64,000 nt of DNA, taken from NCBI GenBank assembly GCA_963843575.1, contig CAWJKZ010000020.1, positions 1-64,000 on the forward strand, given 5' to 3'. Positions 59,626-64,000 of this stretch are shown one piece after another. Made by a program: the position numbers and the translations under genes. The DNA comes from an uncultured Acidobacteriota bacterium. GTDB taxonomy: Bacteria > Acidobacteriota > UBA6911. The notes under the pieces are model-generated. The model worked only from the letters and a program-made list of their open reading frames with translations. It searched no databases and was not told where the DNA came from. Position 1 is the stretch's first letter, and the number at the start of each line of letters is the position of its first letter.

Positions 59626-59707
59626 GGGACTCTTGTCTCCCGCTGTCTCAAACGCCGGGCCGCGGCATCCGGCGCGGTCAATTGGACGAACACGATGACG
59701 TCTTTTC

Positions 59708-59764
59708 GGACGCGGATGGACGCAGATTCACGCAGATCAACACAAAAGCACTGGTGACAAGTCC
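59708..59764. repeat. REP-like family A copy
   Basis: GGACGCGGAT-GGACGCAGAT-TCACGCAGAT-CAACACAAAAGCACTGGTGACA. Confidence 0.7.
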
Positions 59765-61000
59765 TTACGCTTCGTAGATGCGCCGGGCGACGGGATCGTG
59801 GGCCATGCGTTTTCCGCGCAAGAAGGACTCGTCCGCCATGATGCCGGCCACCGCGTGCGCGTATCCGGCCTCCATCGGGGCGATCGGGGCCTTGCGCGTG
59901 CGGAGGCAATCGAGCCAGTTCTTCATGTGGTGGACACTCTCCACGCGAGGCAGTTTCGTGCCATTTTGAACGGGATCCGCCGCCTCGGCTCCTTCGCCGC
60001 TGACCGGCCACTCCCCGTCCCACGACCAGTTACTGCAGTCGATGGCGCCCCGGGTGCCATAGATGTTGTTGTAGCGGTGCGACCCGTTGCCGAAGAACTG
60101 TCCGTAGCGCACTACGAAGCCCTCCGGGTATTCGAAGGTCATCTCGACGGAGTCGGGAACGGTCCGGCGGTCCTTCCATCGATAACGGCCGAAGTGGGCG
60201 ACGGCCCGGCTGGGTGCCCCGACCCCGGTGATGAAGTGAACGGTGTCGACAAAGTGCAGACCCTGGGTCGTGTGCGGGCCCCTGGAGAACTCCCGGTAGC
60301 CGTACCAGCACGCATACTGGTCCGCGTCGAAAGGCCGGTACGCCAAGTGGCCGAGGAATGCCTTCCAGTCGACGTCTTCCTCCTTCACGGCTCTCTCTCC
60401 GTACGTCAACCAGTAAGGCCGGGCACCGTTGCGCGCCTGGGCTGCTTTCAAAATCTTTCCGAGCCCGCCCGAGGCAATGAACTGGCGGGCCGCCAGCGCC
60501 TGGGGCAAGCTCCGGATCTGGGTCCCGTTCTGTACGATACGGCCGCGTTCCTTCACGGCATCGACCGCACGGATCAGTTCTTCCATGTTCATGGCCAGAG
60601 GTTTCTCGATGTAGACGTCCTTTCCCGCCTGCACAGCGGCGGTCAGCTGGGGACAATGCAGGTGTTCGGGCGAGGCGATGGTCACGGCGTCGATTTCCTT
60701 CATCGCCAGCAGGTCTTCGTAATGCACGTGCTGCGCCGGCGCTTTTCCGGAAGCACCCTTCACCTGGGCCGCGGCCTGTTCGCGCATCTGCTTCCAGGGA
60801 TCGCAAACCGCGGCGATCTCTACGTTAGTTTCCTTCTGGAAGTCGAGAATATCCTTGATGTGGGATTGCCGGCCGCGGTCACCGCACCCGATGATCCCGA
60901 TCGAGATGCGCTCATTGGCACCCAGGACGCGTGCGCCGCTGAGGGCCGTAGCCGCAAGCGCCGCCCCGACAAAGTCCCGCCGGCTGATTTCGGTTGTCAT
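59765..61000 (-). CDS. Tat-exported Gfo/Idh/MocA oxidoreductase
   Basis: SRRDFV Tat signal, GIIGCGDRG, DVYIEKP and HMKNWLDC. Confidence 0.92.
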   Translation of the reverse strand: MTTEISRRDFVGAALAATALSGARVLGANERISIGIIGCGDRGRQSHIKDILDFQKETNVEIAAVCDPWKQMREQAAAQVKGASGKAPAQHVHYEDLLAMKEIDAVTIASPEHLHCPQLTAAVQAGKDVYIEKPLAMNMEELIRAVDAVKERGRIVQNGTQIRSLPQALAARQFIASGGLGKILKAAQARNGARPYWLTYGERAVKEEDVDWKAFLGHLAYRPFDADQYACWYGYREFSRGPHTTQGLHFVDTVHFITGVGAPSRAVAHFGRYRWKDRRTVPDSVEMTFEYPEGFVVRYGQFFGNGSHRYNNIYGTRGAIDCSNWSWDGEWPVSGEGAEAADPVQNGTKLPRVESVHHMKNWLDCLRTRKAPIAPMEAGYAHAVAGIMADESFLRGKRMAHDPVARRIYEA

Positions 61001-61124
61001 GATTCCTCCAATGGGACAGGCTCGCGGCTTCTCGACGCCGAGCATGCCCGGGAAAATACGGTTTGCCGCCGTCCGGTGATCGTATGCCTGCGGCAGGCGA
61101 AACGCAACGCGACAGATCGCGCCG

Positions 61125-62522
61125 TCACGGCCGGGCCGCGGCCTGGCGCAGGAGCCGCGAGGCGGCTTCGACCAGCTGCTCGCCGGAACCCGCGGCGCAG
61201 CGCGCACTCACGACCTCGTAGTTGCCTTGGGTCCAGGCTTGCCTCGTCGGGACATAGCCGATCGAGCCGTTCGCCAACTGCGCGACGACGGTGTACTTGA
61301 ACGGCGAGGCCTGCTTTATGGCGAGCCCCAGTTCGACAAAGATCTCTCCCGGAAGACCCACCAGCGCGATGTCGCTTCCGAGCGTGATCACCTGGACTTC
61401 GACTTCGAGCGGCTGCCCCCGTCGTTCCTCGACATCCATGATCTTGAAGGCATCCACCAGTTCGAGGAAGGCGGGCTCTTTTCCCCCCTTGCCTTGCCGC
61501 GCCGTAGTTTCGTGGGCCCTCTGGACGTCGCCGGGTTTGAGCTCGGGGAGCGGCAGCCGCACCGTCGCGCTAAGGCAGCGCAGCGGGGTGTCCGGCACCT
61601 CCTCCAGCAGGGGCAAGGTGTGCAGGACGGCGCCGGCCAGGACCGTTCCGATCCGGGCGGCTTCGGCAGGCCCTTTCGGCTGGTCCGCCCACCTCACGTT
61701 GATGTGATTGATGTCGCCGGCCGTGCCCAGAGTAAACATCGTCAGCATGCCCGCCCCTTTGACCGCGCCGAGGAGGTTGGCGAGCGTGTAGGGGTAGTCG
61801 GCCGAGATCTCGAGGCCGCCCACGGTGTCCAGGTGCATGGCGAAGTTGACGTAAAGCGCGAGGGGCTGCCCCGCGCGCGAAACGAAGTGCAGCACCGGTA
61901 TCGAGGGATCGATCGGCCCCGCGGGGCGCAGGATGTTCGGGTTGAGCCGGCCCGGGTTCCAGCCTACCGAACCGTCCTTCATGTGGAAGCGCCGGTTGAA
62001 TGACAGGCCGTCCTCGCGGCCCAGGCCGGCAAGGACCTTTGCCGGCGTAAGCTGCGCCCGGGCCAGCCTCACGCTTTCCGCGATCAGCCCCGGCAGCGTC
62101 TTCGTGTACGCCGCCGCGAGCCCCTGGTCCCCGCCGAAGGCGGCGGTGCGCGCCGAGGAGCCGCTGATGACCGGCCCCGTGTGGGCGTGGGTCGCGCTGA
62201 TCATCACATTCTCGCCCGGAATGCCGGCCGTTTCGCGAATCAGGCGGCGCGCCTCCTGCACGAACGCGCGATCCGTCGTGATGATGTCCAGGGCAACCAG
62301 CGCCGCCGAGGTGGCGCCGCTCTCGATCACGATGCTCTTGGCCCAGAGGTCGTCGTGGACCCCCGCGGCCGCGCGCTCGCTGTAGTAACCCGCCATGGGC
62401 GTGCCGAGCGCCGGCGTGATCTTCACCCGGGCCGTCCCGATCCTGAGGTCGGCCGCGGCGAGCGGGAGAGCCGAAACGAGCACGAGGAAGTGCAAGGCAA
62501 ACTTCGCAAGGACGGTGTTCAT
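61125..62522 (-). CDS. Secreted neutral/alkaline ceramidase-like hydrolase
   Basis: GVHDDL, SATHAHTGP, SFNRR, NFAMH, SADYP, GTAGD and PGEIF. Confidence 0.85.
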   Translation of the reverse strand: MNTVLAKFALHFLVLVSALPLAAADLRIGTARVKITPALGTPMAGYYSERAAAGVHDDLWAKSIVIESGATSAALVALDIITTDRAFVQEARRLIRETAGIPGENVMISATHAHTGPVISGSSARTAAFGGDQGLAAAYTKTLPGLIAESVRLARAQLTPAKVLAGLGREDGLSFNRRFHMKDGSVGWNPGRLNPNILRPAGPIDPSIPVLHFVSRAGQPLALYVNFAMHLDTVGGLEISADYPYTLANLLGAVKGAGMLTMFTLGTAGDINHINVRWADQPKGPAEAARIGTVLAGAVLHTLPLLEEVPDTPLRCLSATVRLPLPELKPGDVQRAHETTARQGKGGKEPAFLELVDAFKIMDVEERRGQPLEVEVQVITLGSDIALVGLPGEIFVELGLAIKQASPFKYTVVAQLANGSIGYVPTRQAWTQGNYEVVSARCAAGSGEQLVEAASRLLRQAAARP

Positions 62523-62634
62523 CGTTCCGTACTATAAATCGTTCCCGCCTGATTTGCGCTACCGGTTTTTGATACCCTTTGGGATTGCACGGGCTTGCCG
62601 GGTGTGCGGGCCTGGCGAAAGTGGAGGCTCCGGA

Positions 62635-63171
62635 ATGATTCGGGTGCAGGTGGTGTTGCCGGCTCTCGTGGGGTGGCTGGCTGTCGCCCAGCCCTCCCCT
62701 CGCCTGGCGGTCGGCGACGTCTTCCCCGCTCTGACGGGCGAGTTTCTCTCCGGGCGCAGGGCGACGCTCCCCGCGGATGCAAAAGGCCGCGTCGCTATGG
62801 TGGCGCTCGGTTTCAGCTACGATTCCCGCTTCGCCGTCGAAGAGTGGTCGAAGCGTTTCCGCGCCGAGTTTTCGGGACACCCGCATGCGACCTTCTACCA
62901 GGTCCCGATGATCGGCGGCCTGGGCCGGCTCGGCCGCGTGTTCATCGACCGGGGGATGCGCAAGGGGACGCCGAAGGAGCTACACGAGAATGTGATCACC
63001 GTCTATGGCGGCGTCGGGCCCTGGAAGGAGCGTCTGGCGGTCTCCGACGGTAAATGGGCTTACCTGGCGCTCATCGACGGGCGCGGGGTTGTGCGCTGGC
63101 TGCACGCAGGGCTTTTCGACGAGAGCCGCTTCCAGGAGATGGCGGCCGTCGTCCGGAGAATTGCCTCCTGA
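62635..63171 (+). CDS. Secreted thioredoxin-fold protein resembling ATP10
   Basis: FPALTGEFLSG, YQVPMI, IDRGMRKGTP and LIDGRGVVRW, with no CxxC. RBS GGAGG. Confidence 0.65.
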   Translation: MIRVQVVLPALVGWLAVAQPSPRLAVGDVFPALTGEFLSGRRATLPADAKGRVAMVALGFSYDSRFAVEEWSKRFRAEFSGHPHATFYQVPMIGGLGRLGRVFIDRGMRKGTPKELHENVITVYGGVGPWKERLAVSDGKWAYLALIDGRGVVRWLHAGLFDESRFQEMAAVVRRIAS

Positions 63172-63810
63172 GCCTGTGGTCGGCGATCCTGGCGGATCGT
63201 CTCGGCGTCCAGCCGGTAGTCGAGAAACGGCTCGCTGGCATAGCACAGTTCCTTCAGAATCTGGAAGGCGCCGTGGTAGCAGTTCTTGTAGGCGTCGTTC
63301 ACAAAGAGCCGCCCTTCGAACCAGTCGATGGTCTGGGATCCGACCAGGATGCCGGCCACGGGTTCCTGCCGCGCCCCGTATAGCAGGTCCTTGTGCCTGG
63401 CGGCGAAATCGAAGACCTGCTTGACGTGCCGCCCAGAGGGGTAATCCAGGGGAGTTCCGGGCATGTAGGCCACGACCTTCAACCCGGCGTCATGGCAGCG
63501 CCCGATCGTCTCCTGGAACGGATCGGAGGCACCCAGTTCGGGATGTACCGGGTAGCGTAGAGGTCGGAAGTAGGCGTAATAGGATGCCGCGGGATAACGA
63601 AAAGCGTTGGCGCCAAGAGACCTGGCGACGGCGACCGCCCGCTCGGCGCGATAGTCGAACGAGGGGTAGAACGGAGGGTTGTAGGCCTCAGCGATGACGG
63701 CGCGGCACGATCGGATCCAGTCCCAGGACGGTTTCAGGTCGGCGCCGAGCAGACGGGAGGCCGGAAACCGCCACCGTGAGGGCCTTCATGAAGTCTCTTC
63801 GCGTTATCAT
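63172..63810 (-). pseudogene. Degraded Tat-exported glycoside hydrolase-like (GHL6-type) gene
   Basis: GGAGG + MITRRDFMK, at least two frameshifts, HPELGASDPFQETIGRCHDAGLKVVAY. Apparent internal deletion and 3' truncation against the convergent gene. Confidence 0.7.
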
Positions 63811-64000
63811 GTTTCCTCCGGGCAAGTTCGGCGCCCACATCATAAACCCGCGAAGTCACCGGAGCCGCAGTGAAACGGAATCTGATGTACGGCGAGACAT
63901 AAGGCCTGCCTCGGACGCGGCACGACCGGGGCCGCCACCGAACGGGGTCGGTCCGAATCCGGGCACGAAACCGAAGCCCCGGTAGCAGTGGGCAATTGTG

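Overview
GC-rich bacterial genomic window. Many Tat-signal enzymes, an ECF-sigma remnant and REP-like intergenic repeats suggest an Acidobacteriota-like organism (inference only). Most of the window is ordinary accessory metabolism: GH20, GH2, two esterase paralogues, AKRs, Gfo/Idh/MocA proteins, sugar-phosphate isomerases, MFS, VIT1, RlpA and nitroreductase. The outstanding feature is a 22-kb divergent locus at 27394-49525. Its leftward, tightly coupled operon encodes five cobalamin-binding radical SAM enzymes, three class I methyltransferases, an amidohydrolase, a SPASM/twitch radical SAM enzyme and a GT4-phosphoglycosyltransferase fusion. Its rightward operon encodes a GT-C membrane glycosyltransferase, an HPr-kinase-like protein, a nucleotidyltransferase, an O-antigen-ligase-like protein with an inserted Ig-like domain, a GT4 and Gmd. 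I infer an uncharacterised pathway that makes a radical-modified/methylated glycoconjugate. No lasso cyclase, RRE or convincing precursor peptide is visible. Several genes outside the cluster carry small frameshifts (possible assembly indels), and gene debris lies at both window ends. No rRNA, tRNA, CRISPR array or transposase was recognised. All family calls come from motif recognition by eye, not database searches.
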